DNA from: Gemmatimonadales bacterium
GTDB taxonomy: Bacteria; Gemmatimonadota; Gemmatimonadetes; Gemmatimonadales; GWC2-71-9
NCBI GenBank assembly: GCA_965249575.1
Contig: OZ252244.1
Coordinates: forward strand, 3,040,001-3,104,000
Reading direction: 5' to 3'
DNA: 64,000 bases
In this document: in pieces, positions 38,439 through 46,918 of the stretch
Layout of the letters: every line of letters begins with the position of its first letter
Numbering within the stretch: the stretch's first letter is position 1
Made by a program: the position numbers and the translations under genes
The notes under the pieces: model-generated
Databases searched by the model: none
What the model was told of the DNA's origin: nothing
Seen by the model: only the letters and a program-made list of their open reading frames with translations

Positions 38439-39040
38439 AGCGGGGTACCGCCGCTGAAGAGGTCGTGGCCCGCGAAGTTCTCGAGGCGGGCGCTGGGCGT
38501 CCGTCCACTCAGAACGATCGGGCCCGACCACCGACTGCCGTCCGTCGCCGATTCGGCCGAGATCACGACCATCATCTTGTTCCAGTCCGCGGTGAACGCC
38601 AGCTCCTCCCCATTCGAGATCGTGCCCATGTTCTTGACCTTGTCGAGGCTCGGGGTGGCGAGCCACACGACATAGGTCGTGTGCGGTCCAAGCAGTCCCG
38701 GGTCCGGCAGGCCCTCGACGGTGACGTCCATGTCGTAGATGAAGCTCCCCTCGGGGGTGACTGCCAGGCCGAAGGGCGACCACGCTGGGATGAGGTTCAC
38801 CTTGCCACCCGCGCGTGCGACGCGGCCCGAGGGGAGGAGCTCGAACTGATGCGGTTTGGGGGGCAGCGCAACTGCCCACACCCGCCCGTCCGAGCCACAC
38901 CGCATCCCAAACGCGATTGCGGGCGCCGGGGACCCGACGGTCGCCAACGCTGACGCCGGCGCTCCGAGTGCAACGGCACCGACCGCTAGCCACGCGCCGA
39001 TGATGCGGACCGGAGAGCGAGATGGATACCAGCGAAGCAT
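38432..39040 (-). CDS. Exported hypothetical protein coupled to the oxidase (RskA C-terminal-like beta domain)
   Basis: Signal-like N-terminus; YVVWL...MG.I...VVISAE...SGPIVLSG pattern; 7-nt overlap with the oxidase start. Confidence 0.7.
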   Translation of the reverse strand: MLRWYPSRSPVRIIGAWLAVGAVALGAPASALATVGSPAPAIAFGMRCGSDGRVWAVALPPKPHQFELLPSGRVARAGGKVNLIPAWSPFGLAVTPEGSFIYDMDVTVEGLPDPGLLGPHTTYVVWLATPSLDKVKNMGTISNGEELAFTADWNKMMVVISAESATDGSRWSGPIVLSGRTPSARLENFAGHDLFSGGTPLC

Positions 39041-39130
39041 GATATGCTCACCTATCGGATTGTGAGATTCGATTTCGTGCGCTGATACAAGTTCAGATTC
39101 GGTCTGTAGCCCGTCAAGGGCGGCTAGCGG

Positions 39131-40264
39131 TCATCTCGGAACGTAATTCCTAACGGGAGTGCTGGTTACGCAATCGCCTGGGACGAGCTCGCCATTCGCC
39201 ACCGGCGCTATGGCGTCCACTAAACGCTGGGCCGCAGCTGGCAAGTCATACACTCCGACCGCTTCCTTGTTCGCGTTGCCCATTCGTTTCGCCTCCCCGG
39301 GGTTCTGGATGACCCACGCGAGCGCGTCGGCGAGCGCGCGATCGTCTCCCGGCTCAATCAAGAGGCCGTTCTGTTGGTGTTTCACCAGCTCCGGCGTCGC
39401 GCTCGCCCGACACGCGACGATGGGCTTGCCGGCCGCCATGGCTTCGACGAACGCGATGCCGAACCCCTCTTGCAGAGTCGGCAGGCAGAAGACGTCGCAG
39501 CCCGCGTATTCCGCCGCGAGCCGGTCGAAGCCGATCTGGCCGGTGAAGGAAACGAGTCCGCCGAGTCGGAGCGAAGTCGCCAAGCGATGAAGGCGAGCCC
39601 GCTCCGGTCCGTCGCCCACGATCCGGAGCTGGAGATTGGGCACCTCGGTACGGAGCAGGCTGGCTGCCCTCAGGAGTGCTGCGATGTTTTTCCTTCTATA
39701 CATACGGCTCACGCACAGCACCGTCGGACCCCCGCGGCCCTCGGTGGTGGCCCGCTGCAGCGCGTCCGACCAGCGCCAGAGATCTACACCGGGCTGCGCG
39801 ACCCTGATTCGGGCCCGATCCGCTTGGTAGAGCTCGACCAGGCGCCGGGCGCTGTGGTGGCTCAGTGCGAGCACGAGGTCGGCTTTCCGCACGCTTCGTC
39901 CTTCCGCCGCTGCCTGCATCCGGAACGCCAGCCGAGTCCAGCCGCGCTCGAAGCGAGCCTCTTCGGCGATGATCCCGTGTGGATAGGCGACGAATGGCCG
40001 GCTGATGCTCCCCGCGAGGGCCCAGCCATCCATGTCGATGCCCAGCACGATGTCAGCGTGCTCGACCAAGTCGCGGTCGATGCGACCGTTGAACGCGAAT
40101 CGGCGGATCCCGAATCGCGAGGTCCATGAGAGATTGGCCGGGCCGACGAGATCTACTTGGTGGCCTAACCGCTCGACCCCGTGCATCAGCGAGCCGATCG
40201 CGACGTGGGTGCCGCTCCCAAGCGCGACGTTCCGAGGCGTGGCGGTGATCACGGCGATGCGCAT
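39131..40264 (-). CDS. Glycosyltransferase family 4
   Basis: RRKN, IVGDGPER and EGFGIAFVEAMAAGKP motifs. Confidence 0.93.
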   Translation of the reverse strand: MRIAVITATPRNVALGSGTHVAIGSLMHGVERLGHQVDLVGPANLSWTSRFGIRRFAFNGRIDRDLVEHADIVLGIDMDGWALAGSISRPFVAYPHGIIAEEARFERGWTRLAFRMQAAAEGRSVRKADLVLALSHHSARRLVELYQADRARIRVAQPGVDLWRWSDALQRATTEGRGGPTVLCVSRMYRRKNIAALLRAASLLRTEVPNLQLRIVGDGPERARLHRLATSLRLGGLVSFTGQIGFDRLAAEYAGCDVFCLPTLQEGFGIAFVEAMAAGKPIVACRASATPELVKHQQNGLLIEPGDDRALADALAWVIQNPGEAKRMGNANKEAVGVYDLPAAAQRLVDAIAPVANGELVPGDCVTSTPVRNYVPR

Positions 40265-40594
40265 GCGGAAAGCTACAACAGCCGAGGGGCCAGGGATTCA
40301 AGGCTCGAGCGGGACGATCGCTCCAAGCGCCGTGCCTGCTCGCCCATTCCTGCGCTTATTCTGTTCGCTTATTATCGAGAAGCTTTAAGTTCCCCTACCC
40401 CCTAGTCCCATCCCCTCAAGCCTCCCGACAGTGTCAAGCCAGTGCACCGTAGAGCGTAAGTAGCACCGCTACAGCCGGTTATGGAATCATCGGGGCCCGA
40501 TAGCCGCCCCGAGTGGGCTTGCGCCTCGCCCGACAGCCTCCCGACACCCTTAGGAAGGCGCAAAGACGGTCAGATTCCTGTACCACCCCAGGTA

Positions 40595-40623
40595 TTGACA
40601 CAGACTGTACGTGCGGGCATGTT
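40595..40623 (+). promoter_or_regulatory. Candidate sigma70 promoter of susC2
   Basis: Perfect TTGACA, 17-nt spacer, weak -10 (CATGTT). Confidence 0.35.
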
Positions 40624-40834
40624 GGCGCCCATATCATATTCGGTAGCTGTATCAGATCCGCAGACTCGGTCCTGTGACGAGCGTCGTCTGGGCCGGGGTA
40701 TACTGCAAGTCGGACCCAGGCACGATCACGGGCCTGGCGTGTTTTTCGCGCACCCGGCAGGGTGCAAGTCGGGCGTGCACTTTGGATGCTGGCGAACCGT
40801 GCATGTCCAATCTCATCCCATTGTGGGGTGTCAC

Positions 40835-43800
40835 ATGAGGTACAGACTTAGTCTGGCAGTCGCTGCGCTGCTCGTGTTTGGCGCAAGCCACGCGGTAGCG
40901 CAGACCCGCCTGATTACCGGGCGGGTGACAGATTCCCTGACCTCCGAGATCATCACCTCGGGTCAGGTGGCGGTACAGGGTACCACTATCAGCTCAACGA
41001 TCAACGACGACGGGACGTTCACTCTTGGCGTGCCGACTCGTGACGTGATGCTGACCATTCGCAGCATCGGTTTCCAGCGGCGCGACGTACGGGTCGCTGC
41101 GAATCAGAACTCGGTCCAGGCCGCGCTCGAGCGGGACTTCTTCCAGCTCGAGGCGATCGTGGTGACCGGGCAAGCGACGGGCGTCGAGCGCCGCAATCTG
41201 GCGAACGCCGTGGCCTCGGTGACCGCGGCCGAGCTCACCAAGGTGCCGGCAGCGAGCATTGAGGCACAGCTCACCGGGAAGCTCGCCGGTGCGAACATCC
41301 AGTCCAACTCCGGTGCTCCCGGCGGCGGGATGCAGATGCGGCTTCGCGGCGTCTCGTCCATTCTTGGCGCGGCAACTCCGCTGTACGTGATCGACGGCGT
41401 CATCGCCAGCGATGTCGCGATCCCGACCGGCGTGACGTCGCTGACCAAGGGCTGCAGCCGGTGCATTGCCAGCGTTCAGGACGATCCGATCAACCGGATC
41501 AGCGACATCAACCCGAACGACATCGAGAGCGTCGAGGTTCTGAAGGGCGCCTCGGCCTCGGCGATCTACGGGTCGAAGGCCGCCAACGGCGTGGTGATCA
41601 TCACCACCAAGAAGGGCCGCATCGGCGCCCCGCAGTTCACCATCTCGCAGAAGTTCGGGACCTACGACCTCAGCAAGAAGCTCGGTAAGCGGCTCTACGA
41701 GTCGAGAGCGGAGGCGGAACAGCAGCACGGGACGACCGGCGGCACCGAGTGGCAGCTGCAGGCCGATCACTGCAATTGCTCTCCCTTCTTCGACCACGAC
41801 CAGCACGTGGGCGGGTACAATCCACTGTCCTACGAGACCTCAGCCAGCATCAGCGGCGGAACGGAGACCACCCGGTACTACGTCTCGGGCTTGGTCAAGA
41901 GCGACGGTGGGATTATCCTCAACACCGGCTATGACAAGCAGTCGCTCCGGTTGAACATCGACCAGGCGATCGGCGACCGGTTGAACTTCAGCATCGCCTC
42001 GACGGCCGCGCACATCAGGGCCGGCCGGGGCTTCAACAACAACGACAACACCGGCGTGAGCCTCTACATGACGATGGGAGGCGTGCCCAGCTTCTTCGAC
42101 ATGCGGAAGCCGTGCGACCGCGATTCCGGTGATCTCGGCTACAACGCGTCCTGCGACGGCCCGGGGAACGTCTACCCCATCAATCCGTTCGCGGAGAGCA
42201 ATCTGCTGCAGACGCAAGAGCTGGCTGAGAACAGGGAGAACGTGTACCGCTTCTTGACCGCGGCGCGCCTGTCGTGGGACGCCGTCACCACGCCGCAGCA
42301 CAACCTGCGGTTCCTGGTGAACGGTGGCGTCGACTACTTCACCCAGAAGAACGAGATCTTCGGCCCGGCCGAGCTCCAGTTCGAGCCCAAGGACAACCTG
42401 CCGGGCACGTACATGCTCTCGAGCTCCTACAGCCAGCAGCTCAACCTGAACACCAACCTGGTGTACACCTTCACGCCGGCGAGCGGGGCTTTCTCGGCCA
42501 CCACGTCGCTGGGTGCGCAGTCCGAGTACCGCGACCTCGACATCAGCCGCGCGCGCGCCGAGAACCTGGTCGGCGGCATCTTCAACATCGGGCGCGGCAC
42601 GGTGCTCCGGAACGAAGAAGAAAAGGAGCGGGTGCAGGACGCCGGCTTCTTCGCGCAGGAAGAGTTCCTGACGCTGGGCGACCGGCTCCTGTTGACCGCC
42701 GGCGTCCGGGCCGACCGGAGCAGCAGCAATTCTGACATCGACAAGTTCCACTTCTATCCGAAGACGTCAGCCTCCTTCCGGTTCCCCGTGGGCGGAGCCA
42801 TCGACGAGATCAAGTTCCGCGCCGCGTATGGCCAGTCCGGCAACCAGCCGAAGTACGGACAGAAGTTCTCGGAGCTGACAGCGGCTGCCGTATCGGGGCT
42901 CGCGGCGATCACCGTAGGGGATGCCGTCGCAGATCCGGAGATGAAGCCTGAGCGGCAGGAAGAATTTGAGGGCGGCATCGACGTTACCTTTGCGGGCGGC
43001 CGTGCGACCCTGGAGGCCACCGTCTACCAGAAGAACACGAAGGACCTGCTCCTCGAGCGGAACCTGGCCGAGTCCCAGGGCTTCCGGTTCCAGATCTTCA
43101 ACGGCGGACAGATGCGGACGCGGGGCCTCGAGGGCGTGTTGGCCCTCGCTCCCATCCAGACCCCATCGATCCAGTGGACCTCCCGCGCCACGTTCACCCT
43201 GGACCGGACGAAGATCATCGAGCTGCCGGTACCGCGCTTCCGTGCTGGCGGGTTCGGGTTCACCTACGGCGGGTTCTACATCGAAGAGGGGCGGTCCCCC
43301 ACGATGCTGTGGGGCCGTTCCGAAGACGCATCGGGCAACCTCGTCGAGACCGCCTTTTCGGACGTCAACCCGGACTTCCGGATCGGCTTCTCGAACGACT
43401 TCACCTACAAGGCGATCAGCGTGTATTCGCTGTTTGATTGGCAGCAGGGCGGCACCACCAACAACCTCACGAAGACGCTGTACGACCTCGGCGGGAACTC
43501 GCACGACTGGGACGTCGTCGTGGGGCAGGATGCGATGGGGAATGACATCCTGAACGGCGGGGATCGCTTCCAACGCTTCCTGAGGCGAACGGCCGTCTAC
43601 TTCGAGGACGCGACCTTCCTCAAGCTGCGCGAGCTGACGCTGTCGGTCGAGCTGCCGCGGTCCTTCGTCAACAGCTTCTGGAGCGGGGCGCGGTACGTCC
43701 GGATCGGCGCGAGCGGGCGGAACCTGGTGACGTGGACCGGCTACAGCGGCCACGATCCTGAAGTCAGTAACCACGGGAACAACGCCGTGAACCGGAACCT

Positions 43801-43861
43801 GGATACCGGACCGTATCCGCCGAGCCGCCAGTTCTGGTTCAGCGTCGACGTGGGGTTCTAA
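40835..43861 (+). CDS. SusC/RagA-family TonB-dependent transporter (susC2)
   Basis: Start MRYRLS; same architecture as susC1 with a near-identical N-terminus (RDFFQLEAIVVTGQATGVE.RNLANAVA); ends FWFSVDVGF. Confidence 0.95.
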   Translation: MRYRLSLAVAALLVFGASHAVAQTRLITGRVTDSLTSEIITSGQVAVQGTTISSTINDDGTFTLGVPTRDVMLTIRSIGFQRRDVRVAANQNSVQAALERDFFQLEAIVVTGQATGVERRNLANAVASVTAAELTKVPAASIEAQLTGKLAGANIQSNSGAPGGGMQMRLRGVSSILGAATPLYVIDGVIASDVAIPTGVTSLTKGCSRCIASVQDDPINRISDINPNDIESVEVLKGASASAIYGSKAANGVVIITTKKGRIGAPQFTISQKFGTYDLSKKLGKRLYESRAEAEQQHGTTGGTEWQLQADHCNCSPFFDHDQHVGGYNPLSYETSASISGGTETTRYYVSGLVKSDGGIILNTGYDKQSLRLNIDQAIGDRLNFSIASTAAHIRAGRGFNNNDNTGVSLYMTMGGVPSFFDMRKPCDRDSGDLGYNASCDGPGNVYPINPFAESNLLQTQELAENRENVYRFLTAARLSWDAVTTPQHNLRFLVNGGVDYFTQKNEIFGPAELQFEPKDNLPGTYMLSSSYSQQLNLNTNLVYTFTPASGAFSATTSLGAQSEYRDLDISRARAENLVGGIFNIGRGTVLRNEEEKERVQDAGFFAQEEFLTLGDRLLLTAGVRADRSSSNSDIDKFHFYPKTSASFRFPVGGAIDEIKFRAAYGQSGNQPKYGQKFSELTAAAVSGLAAITVGDAVADPEMKPERQEEFEGGIDVTFAGGRATLEATVYQKNTKDLLLERNLAESQGFRFQIFNGGQMRTRGLEGVLALAPIQTPSIQWTSRATFTLDRTKIIELPVPRFRAGGFGFTYGGFYIEEGRSPTMLWGRSEDASGNLVETAFSDVNPDFRIGFSNDFTYKAISVYSLFDWQQGGTTNNLTKTLYDLGGNSHDWDVVVGQDAMGNDILNGGDRFQRFLRRTAVYFEDATFLKLRELTLSVELPRSFVNSFWSGARYVRIGASGRNLVTWTGYSGHDPEVSNHGNNAVNRNLDTGPYPPSRQFWFSVDVGF

Positions 43862-43863
43862 CC

Positions 43864-45306
43864 ATGGATGCCACTTTCAAGTGTCGCGTTAAGCGACTGA
43901 CGAAATCAGGGGTGGGCGCCGCGCTCGTGGCGGCGCTCCTCTCCGGAGGTTGTTCGGATTTCAACATCCCGAACCTGAACCAGCCGTCGGTGGAGGACCT
44001 CGCGACTAACCCGACGCCCTCCGCCATCAGACAGGGTGCGATCGGCCTGCTCCACGACACGCGGGAGGCAACGCAAAACATTGGCCGCACTATGGGGCAC
44101 TGGGGGCGCGAGGGGTACAGCCTGAACGTGCCCCAGGGCGGCATCGGGTCCATCATCGCGGGGCCCTTCTCGCCAGCATCCACGCGGGGCGAGTGGCGGA
44201 CGGCGTGGAGGAACATTCGCACTGCCAATGTGATCCTCGACGCGCTGGACGTTGTCGATGGACTGACCGCCGCAGAAATCGAAGGCGTGCGGGGATTCAC
44301 CAAGACGCTCATGGCGTATGACTTCGGGCACCTGATCTTCAACAAGAAGCCGTTCGGCATCCCGATCGACGTCAATATTGATCCAACGGGTGATCCGGCG
44401 GCGATCGCCCCAACCCCCGCGGTCTACCTCCGCATCATCGCCCTGCTCGACGAGGGGGTGAACCACCTCAACAACGCGGGCAGCGCTTTCACGATGGATT
44501 TGCCGAGCGGACTGGCCGATTTCGACACGCCGGCCACGTTCATCGCGTTCAACCGGGCCCTCAAGGCCCGGGCCCAGGTCCATTCGGATGACTTCGCGGG
44601 CGCGTTGTCCACGCTTGCCCAGTCGTTCGTGGATACGGCCATGCCCCTGACCTTCGGCGCGTATCACAACTTCGCCACGGCTACGGGCGACCGCGCGAAC
44701 CGGCTGTTCTCGCCGGCGTTCCACTACGCCGATATCAGCTTCAGGGACAACGTGCAGTTCCAAGATCCCCCGACCAACCTGATCAGGGACCAGCGTTCCA
44801 TCGACAAGACGGTGGATCGCACCCTGCTGACGTTGAGCGGTGTGACCTCGGACCTCGAGTTCACGATCTACCAGGCCACCGGCGATCCGATCCCGTGGAT
44901 CAAGAACGAGGAGCTGATCCTCCTTCGGGCGGAAGCCAACCTCGCAGGGGGAACCGGGGCGACCTTCGCTGCCGCGCGTGACGACATCAACTTCGTTCGG
45001 CAGAACGCGGGCAATCTCCCGGCCATCACCGCGGCTGCATGGGCGGCAATGACCCCCGCAGCTCGTATCATGGAGCTGCTCTACAATAAGCGCATGTCGC
45101 TCCCCTGGGAGTACGGCCACTCGTGGTTCGACCACAACCACTACCACGATCTGCATGGCTCGCTCTCGTGGTTGCCGAATCAGCACCCGCTGCCGCCGCA
45201 CAACCACAACCAGTTCAGGGGCGCCCCGTTTCCCTCGGCTGAGTGCGAGGCACGGACCAACAGGGCTTCGCTGCTGGGATGCGGTACGGTCGAGGGTATC
45301 TTCTAG
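43864..45306 (+). CDS. SusD/RagB-family lipoprotein (susD2) with His-rich C-terminus
   Basis: Lipobox-like SGGC; IKNEELILLRAEA; colinear with susD1. Confidence 0.92.
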   Translation: MDATFKCRVKRLTKSGVGAALVAALLSGGCSDFNIPNLNQPSVEDLATNPTPSAIRQGAIGLLHDTREATQNIGRTMGHWGREGYSLNVPQGGIGSIIAGPFSPASTRGEWRTAWRNIRTANVILDALDVVDGLTAAEIEGVRGFTKTLMAYDFGHLIFNKKPFGIPIDVNIDPTGDPAAIAPTPAVYLRIIALLDEGVNHLNNAGSAFTMDLPSGLADFDTPATFIAFNRALKARAQVHSDDFAGALSTLAQSFVDTAMPLTFGAYHNFATATGDRANRLFSPAFHYADISFRDNVQFQDPPTNLIRDQRSIDKTVDRTLLTLSGVTSDLEFTIYQATGDPIPWIKNEELILLRAEANLAGGTGATFAAARDDINFVRQNAGNLPAITAAAWAAMTPAARIMELLYNKRMSLPWEYGHSWFDHNHYHDLHGSLSWLPNQHPLPPHNHNQFRGAPFPSAECEARTNRASLLGCGTVEGIF

Positions 45307-45345
45307 CAAGCCGGTAAGGTCCTACGCGAAGCCCGCGTAGGAGTG

Positions 45346-45392
45346 AAAACGACACCCCCGCGGCACGCCAGCCGCGGGGGTGGTTTCGTTTT
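45346..45392 (+). terminator. Rho-independent terminator after susD2
   Basis: 12-bp stem CACCCCCGCGGC / GCCGCGGGGGTG followed by GTTTCGTTTT. Confidence 0.82.
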
Positions 45393-45548
45393 GTGGTGAA
45401 GGGCGACTAGCTCGGCCTTCAGGGCGGCTTCGGTCCGGACCTGTACAGTATCTGAGGTGTATTAACAGTGTTGGCGAGAAGGGTATACGTAGTATTGAGG
45501 GGTGAAGAGGAGCCCCTTCGGTTTAAGTGCTCAATGGGGTACTCCATC

Positions 45549-45941
45549 ATGAAGAACTCGTCATGGACATTCGGATTGGCCGCCACGGTTCTCCTGGTCG
45601 GCACCCCGCTCACCGCCGACGCTCAGGGGCGGCTGATTCTCGGGCGAGTGAGTGATTCCGTAACAGCCGGTCCCGTACAGATCGGTCAGGTGTACCTGGT
45701 GGGTACGGAAACCAGAACGCCGCTCAATGCGGACGGCACTTTTGTCGTCCACGCTCCCCATCAGGACGTCAAGCTTGCGGTGTTCGCTGCCGGGTACGAG
45801 CCGAGAGAGATCGAGGTTCCGCGAAAACAGCGAGCCGTCATCCTCGCGCTCCCGCCCGGAGACTACGTCTGTGGTGACAGTCTCCCAACGGACGTAGCCG
45901 CGAGAGATCTGTCCGCACTGTTTGAAGACCGAAGGCGGTAG
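45549..45941 (+). CDS. Exported stand-alone CarboxypepD_reg-like (SusC N-terminal) domain protein
   Basis: Signal ...ADA|Q; RLILGRVSDSVT...GQV...DGTFVV is paralogous to the SusC N-termini and to the next gene. Confidence 0.75.
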   Translation: MKNSSWTFGLAATVLLVGTPLTADAQGRLILGRVSDSVTAGPVQIGQVYLVGTETRTPLNADGTFVVHAPHQDVKLAVFAAGYEPREIEVPRKQRAVILALPPGDYVCGDSLPTDVAARDLSALFEDRRR

Positions 45942-45999
45942 CTGCTGGCGCTTCGCCCGCCAGCCGTCTCGGGTGGACTAGGTACACGAGGGACGCGAC

Positions 46000-46800
46000 A
46001 TGAAGACACATTCTTGGACACTCAGCCTGGCGGCGAGCCTACTGCTCGTGACGACGCCGGTCGTTGCGGAGGCGCAAGCACGCCTCATTCTCGGGCGCGT
46101 CAGCGATTCGGTGACAGCCGACCCCGTACAGTTGGGCCAGGTGCATCTGCTGGGGACTGAGATCGGGGCACCGCTCAATCCCGACGGCACGTTCGTCATC
46201 TATGTGCCATATCGGGAGGTCACGCTTTCGATTCGGGCCCTCGGCTACCAGGCGAGGGAAGTCGTGGTTCCCCGAAAGAAGGAAACCGTAATCCTCACTC
46301 TCGAGCGAGACTACTTCCAGCTGGATGAGATCGTCGTGAGCGGCCAGGCCACCGGCGTTCGACGGCGGCACTCGGCGAACGCCATTGGCGTCGTAAGGGG
46401 CGATGAGCTTTCGCGCGTTCCCGCCCAAACCGTGGAGTCGGCGCTCAAGGGCAAGGTCGCCGGCGTTCACATCGCGAGCAACTCCGGGGCTCCTGGTGGC
46501 GGGCTCCGGTGGACGCTTCGGGGCGTGAGCTCGATCCTCGGCAACAACGATCCTCTCTTCGTGGTTGACGGCGTCGTGATCAGCAACGCCAAGATCCCGG
46601 GCGGCGTCAACGCGATCACTCAGGGACAGCGCGGCGTGATCGCCTCCATGCAAGAGAATCCCGGCAACCGGCTGGGCGACCTCAACCCGAACGACATCGC
46701 CAGCATCGAGATTCTCAAAGGAGCATCCGCGTCCGCCATGTATGGCTCGAAGGCGTCGAACGGCGTGGTCATCATCACCACGAAGCGCGGGGGATACTAG
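46000..46800 (+). CDS. Barrel-less SusC-like protein (N-terminal domain + TonB-box region + plug)
   Basis: Signal ...AEA|Q; LDEIVVSG, PLFVVDGV and EILKGASASAMYGSKASNGVVIITTKRGGY*. Confidence 0.88.
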   Translation: MKTHSWTLSLAASLLLVTTPVVAEAQARLILGRVSDSVTADPVQLGQVHLLGTEIGAPLNPDGTFVIYVPYREVTLSIRALGYQAREVVVPRKKETVILTLERDYFQLDEIVVSGQATGVRRRHSANAIGVVRGDELSRVPAQTVESALKGKVAGVHIASNSGAPGGGLRWTLRGVSSILGNNDPLFVVDGVVISNAKIPGGVNAITQGQRGVIASMQENPGNRLGDLNPNDIASIEILKGASASAMYGSKASNGVVIITTKRGGY

Positions 46801-46802
46801 TA

Positions 46803-46918
46803 TAGGGGGTAGGGGATAGGGGGTAGGGGTGTGTAGAGAGCGGTAGGGCGGCGCGAGGCTGTCCTACCGCCTCTTGCATCCCCCACCCCCCTATCCCCTA
46901 CTTATCCCTATCCCCTAC
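46803..46918. repeat. Nested hairpin of TAGGGGN / NCCCCTA heptamer arms around a 13-bp stem, between convergent genes
   Basis: G-rich arm 46803-46829; inner stem 46840-46852 / 46858-46870; C-rich arm about 46880-46918. Confidence 0.8.

Noticed and set aside
36711..38993. 760-aa oxidase ORF as given in the track (also upstream extensions of 40481, 54713, 59928, 60641)
   Set aside because: The extensions overlap other genes or non-coding DNA; starts were reassigned using signal peptides, RBS and overlaps.
40624..40834. Cobalamin or TPP riboswitch upstream of susC2
   Set aside because: The diagnostic conserved boxes are not recognisable.
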